A DNA stretch of 64,000 nt from Neoconidiobolus thromboides FSU 785 (taxonomy: Eukaryota; Fungi; Entomophthoromycota): contig MU626292.1 in NCBI GenBank assembly GCA_025603075.1, positions 1 through 64,000 on the forward strand, in the 5' to 3' direction. The position numbers and the translations under genes are program-made. Every line of letters starts with the position of its first letter. The first letter of the stretch is position 1. The notes below the pieces were generated by a model. That model was not told the origin of the DNA, did not search any database, and worked only from the letters and a program-made list of their open reading frames with translations. Shown one piece after another: positions 50,862 to 64,000 of the stretch.

Positions 50862-51938
50862 TCCCCAATCCAGTTTATCTATTTCCGATTTTGTTAAATC
50901 CATCTTCTTTTTTTATTAAATAAAAATGTATTATTATGTTCTCAACTCTCCTTTTATTTTTGACCCTTTTTATATTATATTAACAATTTATTAGTTGTTT
51001 AGTAGTTTATCGATAAATATACATTGAACAATCAGCTTATAGAAATAAAACACATATTGAACAATTTTATTAAATAGATTAATAAAATAGATTTATTGCA
51101 CCATTGTATTAGTCTTATTGTCTTATTAAGTCAATACTTCACAAAAAAGAATAATATCAAGACATTAGAAATGAAACTAATTTAATACAATAAAGGATGT
51201 ATCAAGTATAAATATAAAAAACAAGTAACTATAATAATTTAACACAGGATTCATTCTAATAACGATACGTGTAATATATCGATAAAGAATTCTTTTGTAT
51301 TAAATAATTTATTAACAAATTGCCACTTTTTTTGAAAATATTGAAATGTAATTTCTAAATTTAGTAAGTTCACTTATCCTTCTTAAAAAGCCATTAACAT
51401 TATTGACATTCCTATTTTGCTAACATTATTTCAATGCTTTTATTATCTTTATTTAATAGCTATACCATTTTCCCATACTTCCAGCTATCATTCATGATCA
51501 ATTTTCCTATTAATCTTAATAAACTCATTGTTATGTATTTTCTTTTAAAATATAAAAATAGATTCTTGATCAAAAAATACAAACAATAATATTACTGCTG
51601 TTATATTTTACCCTTGCCGATATAGTTATTGATAGTAATGAGAATGCGAAATCAATTAGAAATAAGATCCAATTAGAATTACTTTATATAATTTAAGATA
51701 GGACTATTTAAGCATATATCAATATAATTCGTTTACTTTCTAATATACATAAAACTAATCTTATTAAGTATGAGGATTCAATTTATATTGTTTTTATATT
51801 TAAAAAAGAACTTCCAGTTAATTTAAAATGTCCAATAACCACTTAATCCTTAGTTTTTCGAACTAAAAAACCGTGATTAAATTCAATTTTAAATTTCAAA
51901 TTTTTTTCTATCAAAAAGAAAGAAGAAAGGAAGAAAGA

Positions 51939-52867
51939 ATGAAGTATTTTTATTTTATATTATGGAGCTTGATGAAATGGATCTATTTGATAAATCAAAC
52001 AATCAAGTTAACTACATTCAAATTATATATCCTAATGAAGGATTACTTTTACTCTCAGTCAACCGATCAATTATTGCAATTAACAAAGAAACCATCACAT
52101 ATATCCATTCTATTAGATATTAAAGAAGAAAATATATTAATTAAAGAAATTATTAAGGTGATTAAATGGAGTATTCAATATCAACTAAATTATTGTAGCT
52201 TCTTTATTCAGGATTTAAGTTGGTTAAAAGTTTACAAATTATTAAAAATAAAGTTTGGAGATAAATGTGAATTAAAAGAAGATAAATGGATGAAAATTAA
52301 TTTAAAAGATGGGGAAATAAGTAATATTTATAATGATAATATTCATAATGAAATGAGGATTTATATTGATTAATTTTTTATTGTAGATTTAATATTGTTT
52401 GATAAATATGATTCAGTTAAAGATATTCAATTAATAACAAAGAGTTTAAAAGTTAATATAAATCAAAATGATAAAGAGAAACTATATAATGTAATAACAG
52501 AAAAAATAATAAGTAAGTATTTAATTATTTATCGAATTATTTATTTATTTATATATTATATAAAACAAATTAAATCAAAATATTTCTATAATAGATATCA
52601 ACACTCCCGAAGTAAACCTAATAATAAGTAGTTATAATCCCATACAGCTAATTGGTTATCCACCATTAAGATTAAGGATGGCAGAGATAACGTAAGTATT
52701 AATTAATTAATATATAGTAATAATAATATTGTTAATAATAATAATAATCATTTTATTAATCACTTTATTTATATAGTCATAATCCCTTTAAAGGACAAAT
52801 TTATTACGTTACCTTTTTAAATGCATTACATACATATTCTATTTCTACTCAACGATGTGGTAAATAA
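51939..52867 (+). CDS. NUS1: cis-prenyltransferase (dehydrodolichyl-PP synthase) subunit Nus1/NgBR, multi-exon
   Basis: N-terminal hydrophobic stretch, KKPSHISILL, P..QLIGYPPLRLRMAEI, FLNALHTYS, C-terminal TQRCGK* (RxG tail). Confidence 0.8.
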
Positions 52868-53063
52868 AATTTAACTTATAGATAAAATATTGATAAAAAT
52901 AATGAGCGTATTTTTTTAAATTAACCAATGATTGAATTTTAAATTGATCAACCTATCATTAAACACAGCGTAATATCGAATATTTCAAATATAAATTATC
53001 AAAAATTTAACTTTAAACTTAATATATTAAAAGATTCAACTAAATAATCTCAATTTCCAAATA

Positions 53064-54696
53064 ATGATGTTCTCTTCAACAATAATACAAAATAGCTTTT
53101 TAATAATATTAAGCTATATCACTTATAGTATAGGCTATCAACCCACCTTAAATATCATTATGTTGCTAAGTTTAATAGGCTATTTAATATTATATTATAT
53201 GATACCCAAATGTGTTGATAGTTTTAAAAAATTTAATTTATCTGGAACAGACATATTAAAGAAAGAAAAGCCTGTATTGTAAGCTAATTTCATTTCCTAT
53301 TTAAACAGAATATAAAATTAGCATTGAATGATGATAGTAATGACATTGCTAATTTATGGATATTGATTTCCATTTTTAGGGCCGAAAGCATGGGTTTATT
53401 AGCTGCTGTAATTTATTTGATTATCATTTACTTATTTATGCCCATTCCATTTGCGCATACCTTTTCTTATCCATCTATCGAACAACAACATCCTACCAGT
53501 CTTAAATCCGAACCTTTTCCACATATTGAAGTAAGATTTGAATCTTATTTAAATCAATTTAAAAAAAGTAACATAAATTATTTCAATAAAACTAATTCAT
53601 CATGTTTTAGTTCAATCAATTTCTTTCTGGATTATTATCCATCCAAGCCATGACATTATTAGGTTTTGCTGATGACGTTTTTGACATCCGTTGGCGTCAT
53701 AAAGTATTATTACCTTTGATAGCAGCTATTCCATTATTAATGGTTTATTATATCTCTATGGGAGCAACTTATGTAGCAATACCTTATCCTATTCATTTTT
53801 TACTAGGAAACTCAATGGATTTGGGTAAGTAAACCAACTATTATAATATACAATTAGTAGAATCAATAAGATATAACTTAATAAATAACTTTATTAGGTA
53901 TTATTTATTATTTGTATATGGCTATGGTACCCATATTTTGTACTAATGCTATTAATATACTTGCTGGTATTAATGGAGTAGAAGTTGGCCAAACTATTAT
54001 CCTATGTCTAAGTCTTATTCTATTTAACATAACCCAACTTAATGACCCCTTTCCTGCTATTGTAGCAAAAAATCTTTTTTCTTTATACATGCTTTTCCCC
54101 TTATTATTTGTTTCCATAGCATTATACCAATATAATTCTTATCCAGCAAAAGTTTTTGTGGGCGATACCTATTGCTATTTTTCTGGTATGGTGTTTGCAG
54201 TGGTAGGTATACTTGGTCACTTTTCAAAGACGTTGTTACTCTTTTTTGTACCTCAGATTGCCAATTTTATCCTCTCTTTGCCCCAATTGTTTCATATTTT
54301 ACCTTGTCCAAGGCATAGAATGCCAAGGTAAATTTCTTTTTATTGTGAATGATGAGAGTGCTTTTTAATATGAATGTTTTTTTTAGATATAATGAAAGCA
54401 CTAATTTATTACAAAATAGTCATACTATACTATCCGATATACCCTTAAAAAATCATCAAATAGCAATCATTTTAATATTAGAAAAAATAAGATTAATTAA
54501 AGTAGAAAGGGATGATAAATCAAAATTGCATCCATATAAGAGTATGACAAACTTAACACTTTTAAATAGTTTATTAGTCAATCTAGGCCCTTTAAGAGAA
54601 GATCAATTGACGAAGAGTGTAATGCTATTACAAGTTGGATGGTCAATCATTACTTTTATGATTAGATATCAATTGGCAAAATTATTCTATAATTAA
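53064..54696 (+). CDS. ALG7: UDP-GlcNAc:dolichyl-phosphate GlcNAc-1-P transferase (DPAGT1); 5 exons
   Basis: [80 protein letters not shown]. Confidence 0.95.
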
Positions 54697-54800
54697 AAAT
54701 AACAAACAGATAATTATTATTAGTTGATGTTATGTTAATAGAATTTATCATCTTTATTATTTATGTATATGAAATTAACTTTTATTTTATAATAATTCTT

Positions 54801-56002
54801 TTACCATGTTAATGATTTAAATGATATAGAAGATCGATTACGTGTATGTTGCTTTTTAACTGAGGATTTGGTACATTGTTCTGGAGATGAGGTGATCGTT
54901 TTTAGATTAATGGACTTGCACAGGATTTCATAATCCGCTTTTTTGCTTTGGAAAGTTGAGGAATGAAAATTAGGTGAAGAGATATCGGTTTCAAATCTAA
55001 CAATAATTGATAAATATCAATGTCAATGTTTATTATATTCTTTTTTTAAAAACTTACCCTAATCTTTTATAAAATAAAGTCGCTTTTTGATTATCTAGAT
55101 AGAAAAATAAATAAGCAATAAATACAAAATTGCATTGCTATATGTTAATTACTTGTAAAAACAGTCAATAGTACATAAGGTATTCTCCAAAATTTGGCAA
55201 TTTTAAATAAATTTAGCATCATAAATTCGCCCACTCCTTGATTCCTATATAATCTTTCAACTTGCATTTCATAACTAAAAAGTCAAAATAAGGATTAATA
55301 CACATCTTCAAAAAAACTCATCTCCTCTTATTTCTTACTCTATTTTACTTACCAATAAACAACCTCTCTATAATCTTCTAAATCCTGTGAAATAAACGAA
55401 ATATCATCTCTTTCATTATAACTATCTTCTGAATCATTTAATTCCAATTCCATTTCTTTTTCAAATTCATAATCAAACTGAAACGATATAAAAGCTATAG
55501 GTGCTTCATTAACAATAGAGCGAGCAATAATAAATCGGGTTTTAGGCTCTTTCATTTCTTTTAATTTAAATTTTTTGTTCCAACCATCACAAGAATTGAG
55601 ATACCTAGATAGGAAAAAATGAATTAATAAAATGAAATAAAAGGATTAATATTGATAAAAGTTTACAATCGAACTACAAGGATAATAAAAATACACTTAC
55701 ATTTGTCTCATATTTTTTTCCATCAGATGAAAACAAAACAAAAATAAAGCTTGGGGTATGGTTTCTATGGAATAATATTCAAGATATAATTTGGTACTTG
55801 GACTAAATTTTTTATCAATACTACTACTTTTATTGAATTTTTACGGACTTACTTTTCCAAAGATGTAAAATACCGTTCTTTTTCGATAATACATTGAGCG
55901 AAATGTTCTTTACTCTAATAAAGGTGTCAGCGGTTAAACAAATTATTCTATATTACATGAGATTACTTTAATGGCTGATTGTACCCCTTTATCTTCATTC
56001 AT
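54801..56002 (-). CDS. NAT4: N-alpha-acetyltransferase 40 (histone H4/H2A NatD), multi-exon
   Basis: LMEKNMRQMY..DGWNKKFKLKEMKEPKTRFII, AFISFQF, VVYC|YEMQVERLYRNQGVGEFMM; GNAT acetyl-CoA motif. Confidence 0.8.
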
Positions 56003-57773
56003 TTTTGGATTCTTCGATTATTATTCCCAGTATTAAATATATTAAATAAAGATGAACAATTCAATTTTTAATCTTTGACAATTTTTTTAAGTGATTTCAT
56101 TCCAGAACAAATCCCCTTTTACTTTCAAGGTAAAAATTAGTTGGAATTTTGATATTATGTTTTAATGTTTAAAGGAGTGGAAAAGTAATATGTAAATTGG
56201 AATTAATCAATATTACATTTAACATAGAAAGTATATTTCAAATTTTTTTATTAATAACCAACGACCAGGCCAAATAATTCTAAATCCTCAATATTTTTTC
56301 AAAGTATTTTTAGTTATATTCCTCTCTATCAATAAATTACTTATTCTAAAATAAATTTGATGATTTTTATCTATAAACAGACGGAGGAAAAGTGGGCAAT
56401 AACAGTTTAGATCCAATTAATTAGAAGTAAATACTAGTTAAATGTGCATTTTTTCCTATAAAGAAAAGTAAATAACTTATTATCAATATAAAATTCTTTT
56501 AGTTTCTTATTAAAACAAACTTCATTTATTTGAAAGTAGCTTCATTGAATCGGAGCCTTTTTTTAATAAGGAAAGAACAATCACATAGAAAACTATTCAG
56601 TTTAAAAAAATTATTCAAGTCAAATGACTCCTTTGCATTTAAACGAAGTCAGCTTTAAGTGAAATAAATTAGGGGATAGAATAGTTATTTATTGTCTTAA
56701 AAAGAAGTACAAAACCCCAGTATTCTATGTCTTCTAATTCATTTATCTAATTTTATTTTTTATTCAATTTTCTATTACCAAGCTCTTCAATTTTGTTTTG
56801 TTCAATATTAAATAGGGGCTGTCTTGGCATTCTATTGTATTTTTAAATCGATTGAATAATTGTATGTTTTTATATTATAATAGCCCATTATTTTATTAAA
56901 TAAGTCTCCTATTCATATAGTGATTTTAATCTTATGTTCCAATGTAAAAGAAAATTACAACTACCTAACAAATACTGAATATTTTTTTGCTTAATTAATG
57001 TAAAACTTATTTAATCTTTTATAAACGGATTTTTTAATATTAAAATTAAATTTTGAAAATTAAAGAACAAGCCCTTGTGTTAATTATTGAAACAAAAGTT
57101 ACAAAAAATAAGAATTAATAAACCGTGTATTAAAAAAACGGATATCCTTAACTAACTACAAAACATTTATAACATTTGAAGGAAAATAAAATAACTGAAA
57201 ACAAAAAAGAAATTGATGTTAAATTTTGTTACATTGTAACAAAATTTAATTTTTTAATTTCATCTTTTTAATATGATTAAACTTATTACTTTAAATAGCA
57301 AATTATGTAATTCTATAAAAAAAATTAGTGGTTGAGTCCAAAAAGAAGTTAAATGATTTTAAGGGTGAATAAAATTTAGGACTAGTTTTGAAATTCAAAG
57401 TAAGAGGATAACTATAATTTTATTATAATTATATTATAATGTTTTATTATTGCTATTGTTATTATATTTTATGTTTTATATTTTTATATGCCATTTTAAA
57501 GTATTAATAAATTAGAAACGGGATAAAAGCGGACTAAAAATTTACAAATTAAAGTTGAGCCATGTGCAAAGCTTTAAGCAAATTAGTTAAAAAGGTGTTC
57601 CCGAAGCAAAACTAATTAATGCAGAATTAAAAAGCATAATTTGAGATTAAGTTGATAAAGGGTTTCTTACTATTTTTTTATTTTTATCTTTTTTATCTTT
57701 TTTATCTTTTTTATCTTTCTTGTCTTTCTTATTTTTTTTGATTGCTTCAATATTTATAATAAATATTACAAAA

Positions 57774-59376
57774 ATGACGGAATTTAAAGAAGAAACTGCA
57801 AGTACTGAATGTTTAACTTTTGATGATAAAGATGCTAGTGAAACTGGGAAATTTAGATTTTTAGTTTCTTTATTAAAAAAGTTAATTGGTGTTGCTGATA
57901 TTATTAATCTGTAAGTTTAACTTTGTATTAGAATAAAATAACCTTTATTAAAGCTTGAACTCTTTTTTTGTATAGTCGTATCTCTTTACCTTCTCAAGTT
58001 TTAGACCCAATACCAAATTTAGAACACTTTCATTGGATTGACCGTCCAGATTATTTTGCTAGGTAAAATAATATACGAATAAGATCAATATGGTTTTAAA
58101 ATTAGCTGTTTAGTATTGATAGCAGTGACGATCCAGTGGAAAGAATGTTAAATGTAGCACGATATTGTTTTTCAAAAGATGTACATAAGGCAGTAAGTAT
58201 TTAATTAAAAGAATAGATTAAAAAGGTATACTAAAATGAAATATTTTTAATAGAAAAATCGGGTCAAAAAACCATATAATTCCATCCTTGGAGAATATTT
58301 CTTATGCTCTTGGGATGTTAATTTAGTAGATAATAAAGATAAAAAAGTGAAAGTGACTATGATAAATGAACAAACTTCACATCATCCACCAGTCTCTGCT
58401 TTTTGGTATGAATGTAAAGAAACTGGAGTTATTGCTAGAGGTTGTGATCATTTGAGTGCTAAGTTTACAGGCACTGGTAAGTCATTCTTCCTTGTTCTTT
58501 TAAAATGTTTTTTTAAAAGGTTGGACTCTTTTAGCTATTAAAATTGTTCCTGGAGAACTAGGAAAAGGAATTTACATTACCCTTAAAAATCGAGATAATG
58601 AAGAATATCATATAACTCATTGCGATGCTTATCTCTCTGGTTGGTTAACTGGCTCTTTTTATCTTTCACTTGCTGGTAGAGTAGTTATTTCATGTCCAAA
58701 AACTAAGCTAAGAATTGTTTATGATTATAAACCAGAAGTAATTAATAATAATATCATAATAATTGTTTTACTTAATTTTATTTTAGCGTTGGATTGGTAA
58801 ATCAAAATATGCTATTGAAGGCAAATTATTTGAATATGAACCAACGTTTAATACTTATCAAACACATTCTGATGTTCCTAATGATAATTTTAAACTTAGT
58901 GAAGTAGATAATAGTAAAGTATTTGCTACTTTATCTGGCTCTTGGAAGGAAAAAATATTTGTTGATAGAAATAATAAGGTAATAATAATAATATAAATAT
59001 AACAAATTATTAAGTATTTTAATTAGGAACAACACCTATTAATTGATGTTAGTGAATTAGAACAAATTAATAAACAAGTCAAACCAATGGATGAAATGGA
59101 CGATTTAGAATCAAGAAAGTAAGACTATTATATAGTTAAGTTATAATAACAAACATCTAATAAATTTAAAATAGAGTGTGGAATGAAGTAACAAAAAATA
59201 TATTAAATAAGAATTATTCCATAGCAACAAAAGCTAAGATAGAGATAGAAGATCGTCAACGAAAATTAGCCAAAGAAAGAAAGGGGACAGTTTGGTTACC
59301 TAAATATTTTAAAAAAGTAAATAAGGAAACAGAACATTATCCACAGTTAAATACTGACGCTGATATTCCCTATTAG
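57774..59376 (+). CDS. Oxysterol-binding protein (ORD-only Osh/ORP family), multi-exon
   Basis: LKKLIGVADIINLRISLPSQV, KKPYNSILGEYF, EQTSHHPPVSAF signature, GSWK, ATKAKIEIEDRQR. Confidence 0.9.
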
Positions 59377-59642
59377 CCTTCCTATATATGTTTATGGTTT
59401 AGGTGAACTAATCGTTTGGTTGACTTTTTTTTGTGCTTTTACTTTAAAAATTATTTAGCTAATATTCCCACACTTCTTTCTACTGATTTTTTGAGTTCTT
59501 CTCTTATTATTCAACTTTTTAGAGCTTCTCCCTCTTCCCTTCTTATAACACCTCTTTTTGACTTTCTATCACCATCACCCACTCTTTATCATATTAAACT
59601 ATGTCATATTGTTAGTTTTTGTTATATTGTTATTATATATAT

Positions 59643-59736
59643 GTGGATGTTTTTGGTTTCATTACTTTTTCCATTTTTTAGGCCCTATTCGAGCGGAAAA
59701 ATCGTTAGTGAAATTCTTAAACAAAAATACGTCCCT
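59643..59736 (+). mobile_element. MITE family copy
   Basis: ATAT|GTGGATGTTTTTGGTTTCATT...AAAAATACGTCCCT|ATAT. Confidence 0.82.
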
Positions 59737-60190
59737 ATATGGTGTGTTTTTTTCAATTAAAAGTGATATTCTGTTTTGTTTGAAAATCTACATTTTGATT
59801 AAATTTACTTTATTTTTGAATCAAATTCTATTGTGACTATTTATGAAACAATACTTCAAATTAACTAAGAATTGGAGAAATCGAACCTAGAAAGCTCCTT
59901 AAAAAGGGGGGGATAAAAATAAGATGTAGAAAATTGTTACTAATAACTAAATCATTTACAAGATTATAGGTGCTATCAGATTGCTATTACTTTAATACGT
60001 AAATACCAATTTTTAATTTATTATAATCTATAGAATTTTAAATAATGATAAGAAATTTTTGATTAAGTTAATTATATTAAGAATTTTGAAATTTTGAAAG
60101 CCAAGAACAAATAATATATTATTAAATTTATTCAATAATTCACTAAATTGGAGAGGGTAAGGATCGAGGATGATTAAAAGAAGATGATAC

Positions 60191-60853
60191 TTAATAACTG
60201 TAGCAAAGCATTCCAATATCTTCAAAGAAATCTTTAGGGTCAACGATGGAAGTCAAATAAGCAGAAGGAATAGAATTGGGTTCTTTGTGATATTTGTCAT
60301 AAATTTGTTTAACACATTTTTTACAAACTTTAGCCTTATCCTTTTGAGTAATAACCCAAGAATCATCATTTGATTTTGCTCGAGTATTAGCAATAATAAC
60401 ATAAGCTTCCGATATTTCATCGCTACAAGTACCAGAAGATGAACTATATGGATCATCATTGCTTTTTTGACAAACTAAATTTACCCCTTCTTCATCCTTC
60501 CATTGATAATAAGTATAATAATGATGGTCCGCAATTTGAATATCATTTGGGGGCTTCTTAATGTTACATTGATCCACGATATATTTGGATGCTTTAATAG
60601 TAACATCTTTACATTTACCACAAATAGTATCTTTATCACTTAAATATAAAGAAAAAGATGAGAAACAAGATTTCAATTGGGGGAATTTATCATCAATAGA
60701 ATAATTTAAATCTTTTATAGAATCACAAAATCCAGCCGGTGCTCCCTTTAAATCATTGGCAAATTCACTACTTTTACCACCATAACTAACACTTGCTTCA
60801 AGCATTGTGCTAACACTTAACACTAAAACCGCCAGGGTATTTTTAGCTAACAT
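60191..60853 (-). CDS. Secreted cysteine-rich hypothetical protein (220 aa, 10 Cys), intronless
   Basis: Signal-peptide-like N-terminus, ten Cys including two CxxC pairs, natural codon usage. Confidence 0.8.
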   Translation of the reverse strand: MLAKNTLAVLVLSVSTMLEASVSYGGKSSEFANDLKGAPAGFCDSIKDLNYSIDDKFPQLKSCFSSFSLYLSDKDTICGKCKDVTIKASKYIVDQCNIKKPPNDIQIADHHYYTYYQWKDEEGVNLVCQKSNDDPYSSSSGTCSDEISEAYVIIANTRAKSNDDSWVITQKDKAKVCKKCVKQIYDKYHKEPNSIPSAYLTSIVDPKDFFEDIGMLCYSY

Positions 60854-61768
60854 ATTGTTTTGAATAGTAGATATATATATAAAATTGGAGAAATTTATAA
60901 AACTTTTGATTATGAAAGTGAAACGTGAGCTATTTATACTTTTTTATTCATTTGTCTAATTAGATAAATAAAAGGTGATAGAAGTTCTAAGAGCTACTAT
61001 AAAAAGAGTGATTTATTTTATTAAAGTTGAAAGGATTTGCCAATATTCTACTAGCTTATTTAACAAATTGGTTTATTACATTATTACTTTGGCTATTACA
61101 TTTAACACAAAACTTAGCTAATATAACTCATTTAAAGCACTTTAGTTCATATCTAAAGAAATTCAATTAATTAATATTTTCAAATGTTTGAAATGTAACC
61201 CATAACTTCCCTAATTTAGTAACTCCAATATTAATTTTACATCTATTAATATATCAAAATTTTATAGAACATTCCTACTTTTTATTAAATTAGTAATACA
61301 ACAGTATTATTTGAACAAATTTTATTTATTAGTTAATATTTTGTATTATCTTATTTGCTTTGAAAGGACATAAAATAAATCAATAGTTTGTTTAGCTTTG
61401 CTATTTTTTTTAATTAATCTTAATTTCTCTAAATTCTTTCAATTACTATTTATTAAAGCTTCTTTCTGTAACCTACATGCTTTGCCTTATCCATTAGATA
61501 TATACAAATAATATATTGATTTGATTCTAATAAAACAAGCTATTTTTCAAAAAAAAACTGTTTAATTCTTTGAATGTTAGTCAATAAAAGTAAAAAGTCA
61601 AATTTTATTAAATAGAAAATATAATAATTAAAATAAACTAAAATAAATGCTACTAAAATCATAAATTTAGTGCTAAAAAAAACTATTAGAAAACACGAAT
61701 AGTATGTTGTAAATTGTTGAAATATTAGCTTTAGATATATCACTAATATTAAAGGTATATTTGAATTT

Positions 61769-61865
61769 GGGGATGTTTTTTTATTTCATTACTTTCTCCA
61801 TTTTTTAAGCGCTATTTGAATGGAAGGGTTGTTAGTAAAATTCTTAAATAAAAAAATATATCCCC
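61769..61865 (+). mobile_element. MITE family copy with ATTT target duplication
   Basis: ATTT|GGGGATGTTTTTTT...AAAAAATATATCCCC|ATTT. Confidence 0.88.
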
Positions 61866-63212
61866 ATTTAAATTATTATTTAAATATTTTTACACTGCTT
61901 ATTGTATATTCAGCACTTATAGTTTTTATTAAGTTGTAAATTGTTTACTTTTTAATAAATTATTTTTTAATATCACATCTCTTTATTTGATTACAATATT
62001 TGGTTGTTTTTGATTTATGTAGTTTTAATAAATTATTAAAATCGAAAATATGATGTTTTAAATGATTTTTTTATCGTCTTTGTTCTATTTTCATTTGTTA
62101 TTTTTTTAACTTTTCTTTTGCAAAACTGGCACCTCAGATGGTCTATTAGCTATAAAAAACTGAATATTAAAGCCAGTAAACTTTAAAGGTTAAGTTGCTG
62201 CAATGGCATCCCGGAGATAAAAGATTGATTTGAGTTGGTTCTTTCAAAAAAAGGAAACAAAGAACCAACGCAAAGTTCATCTCAATTTGTTCTCCAGAGC
62301 GTTGGTACCAGATAGTCTATTTTCATTAAAAAATAAACTTTGTACAGTTAGTTTTTAAGGTATTATTCATGAATTTAGATTTTAATTAATGTGTTAAGTT
62401 TTATTTTTTTAAATTCTAAGAAATCAAAGGCTTGTAAGTGTTTTATTAATAGATGTAGAATAAATGTAGCCATGACGTAAAGTGGTGGGTAGGGAGCGAA
62501 AAAGCAAGGAGAAGAAGTAGATTATCTTTATCAGGTGTTTTGTTTAAAAATTTAATATGAATTAATATTTAAATTTAAAAAACTCTATCTCAGACTTTAA
62601 CTCAACTTACTTGTAGAATAATTTGAATAAGCCTTTGTTGAAATTTACTCAATTATAACATAAAGACAACCCAGTATTCTATCAAATACTGGCTTTAAAA
62701 TCGATTTATTTTAACAAAAATGACAAAATAAATAAAGCTCATTAACCTTTAAAGATACTATCCCAGTGAATTAACATCAAAAATCGTGCGTTATTATTTC
62801 GATAGTAGTAAATATCAAATGGCTTCTACAATTCAAATCTACCTTTTAACTTTTATTTGGAAATGTAAGGTAACATTTCAGTTTTATTTATCTTCGGATC
62901 AAATAACAGATTATTGATTAATTATGCTAAATATCATTGTTGAATATCATCTCAAAAATATCCTTTAATAACCTAAAAATATTAGAAAAATTACGGTAAA
63001 AAGCGAAGAAGATTCATTCCTATATGATATTTTAAATAAAACTTACTTCGTAGGTATTCTTTAACAAAAAGATATATATTTTTTATCTCAATAAATAACT
63101 TTATCTATTAGTAATAATCCAAAATATGTTCTATATTCCATAGGAAAAGATATTTTTGATTCCCAAATTACTCTTGGTTTATTAATATATATCCTTAGTT
63201 TAAACGAATTTT

Positions 63213-63863
63213 TTAGTTCTTGTAACCACGAGAAGCACGACGACCACGAGCCTTTTCGAACTTACGGCCCTTAGAACGGACAAATGGTCTAAAAATATTA
63301 ATAAAAATTACAGTATATAATGAAATGTTCTTACTTAGCATGAGATTTAGGTACACCAGCAGCTCCGAAATGACGGACAGCTTCACGGGCGTTTTTACGA
63401 CCACGTAAGAGTAAGCAGTTGTTTCCTTTTGGAGCTCTAAGAGCGAGTTGGTCAAAAGTAAGACATTCACCACCAGCCTTTAAGATACGGGCACGAGCAG
63501 TTTTGGTGAAGTTAAGAGCACAGACGGTCATCTTTGGAACTTCTGGAAGACGTTCGTCATTGGTGATGGTACCAACAACAGTGATGATCTTGTTATCAAC
63601 TTTTTTGGTGTGTTTAACAATACGAGAGATTGAAACTGGTGGACGATTGACACGGGACATAAAAAGACGTCTCAATACAACTTTGTTGAAACGAGAGTCA
63701 GTACGACGAGCTAAGAAAGAGTAAAGCTATTGATTTGCTTAATTTTGTAATGTTTTAATTTTAGTTTGTAAATTACCTTGACAATAAGTCTGAGATATAC
63801 ATTCTTGCTCTTTGGGGCAGAACGGTGGTTTTTCTTAACGTGATGCTTCTTGATGTCAATACC
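63213..63863 (-). CDS. RPL18: 60S ribosomal protein L18 (eL18); start codon exon lies beyond the window end
   Basis: [29 protein letters not shown]|[27 protein letters not shown]...[11 protein letters not shown]...[24 protein letters not shown]. Confidence 0.97.
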
Positions 63864-64000
63864 CTAATTATCATAATTTAATTTTCATCCTAACTAAAAT
63901 TCTATTTTTTTTTTGAGATTTCTGTTTTATTTGTTTTTTCAATGATATGCATCCATTAAAATTTCTGTCACATGAGCGTTGTGTTTGTTTATACTCCTTC

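Overview
AT-rich, intron-dense eukaryotic DNA. The gene set, secreted enzymes and many short GT-AG introns point to an early-diverging fungus, possibly Entomophthoromycotina/Zoopagomycota; this is inference only. About 21 protein-coding genes are supported. Most are multi-exon housekeeping genes: TDH, TRM5, an amino-acid transporter, a mitochondrial 2-Cys peroxiredoxin, GPI10, APL4, SEA4/MIOS, DIB1, a chorismate mutase-prephenate dehydratase fusion, AGX1, RVS161, ILV5, NUS1, ALG7, NAT4, an OSBP protein and RPL18 (5' end beyond the window). Intronless genes are a GH18 chitinase, a lysine methyltransferase, a PRXL2-like redoxin, a multicopper oxidase, two unknown secreted proteins and one unknown membrane ORF. 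A nested transposon graveyard occupies about 11.2-15.8 kb: a Sola-like DDD transposase split by two MITEs and a solo-LTR-like element, plus a decayed Tc1. A ~95 bp MITE family is scattered across the window in about 15 copies. Best leads are a secreted protein built from four copies of an unrecognised C-x21-C helical module, the reconstructable Sola-like transposase with its putative MITE family, a multicopper oxidase with Lys at the T1 axial position, a bacterial-type PheA fusion with introns, and the NUS1-ALG7 pathway pair. No tRNA, rRNA or CRISPR array was recognised. Exon boundaries were read by eye and may be off by a few bases.
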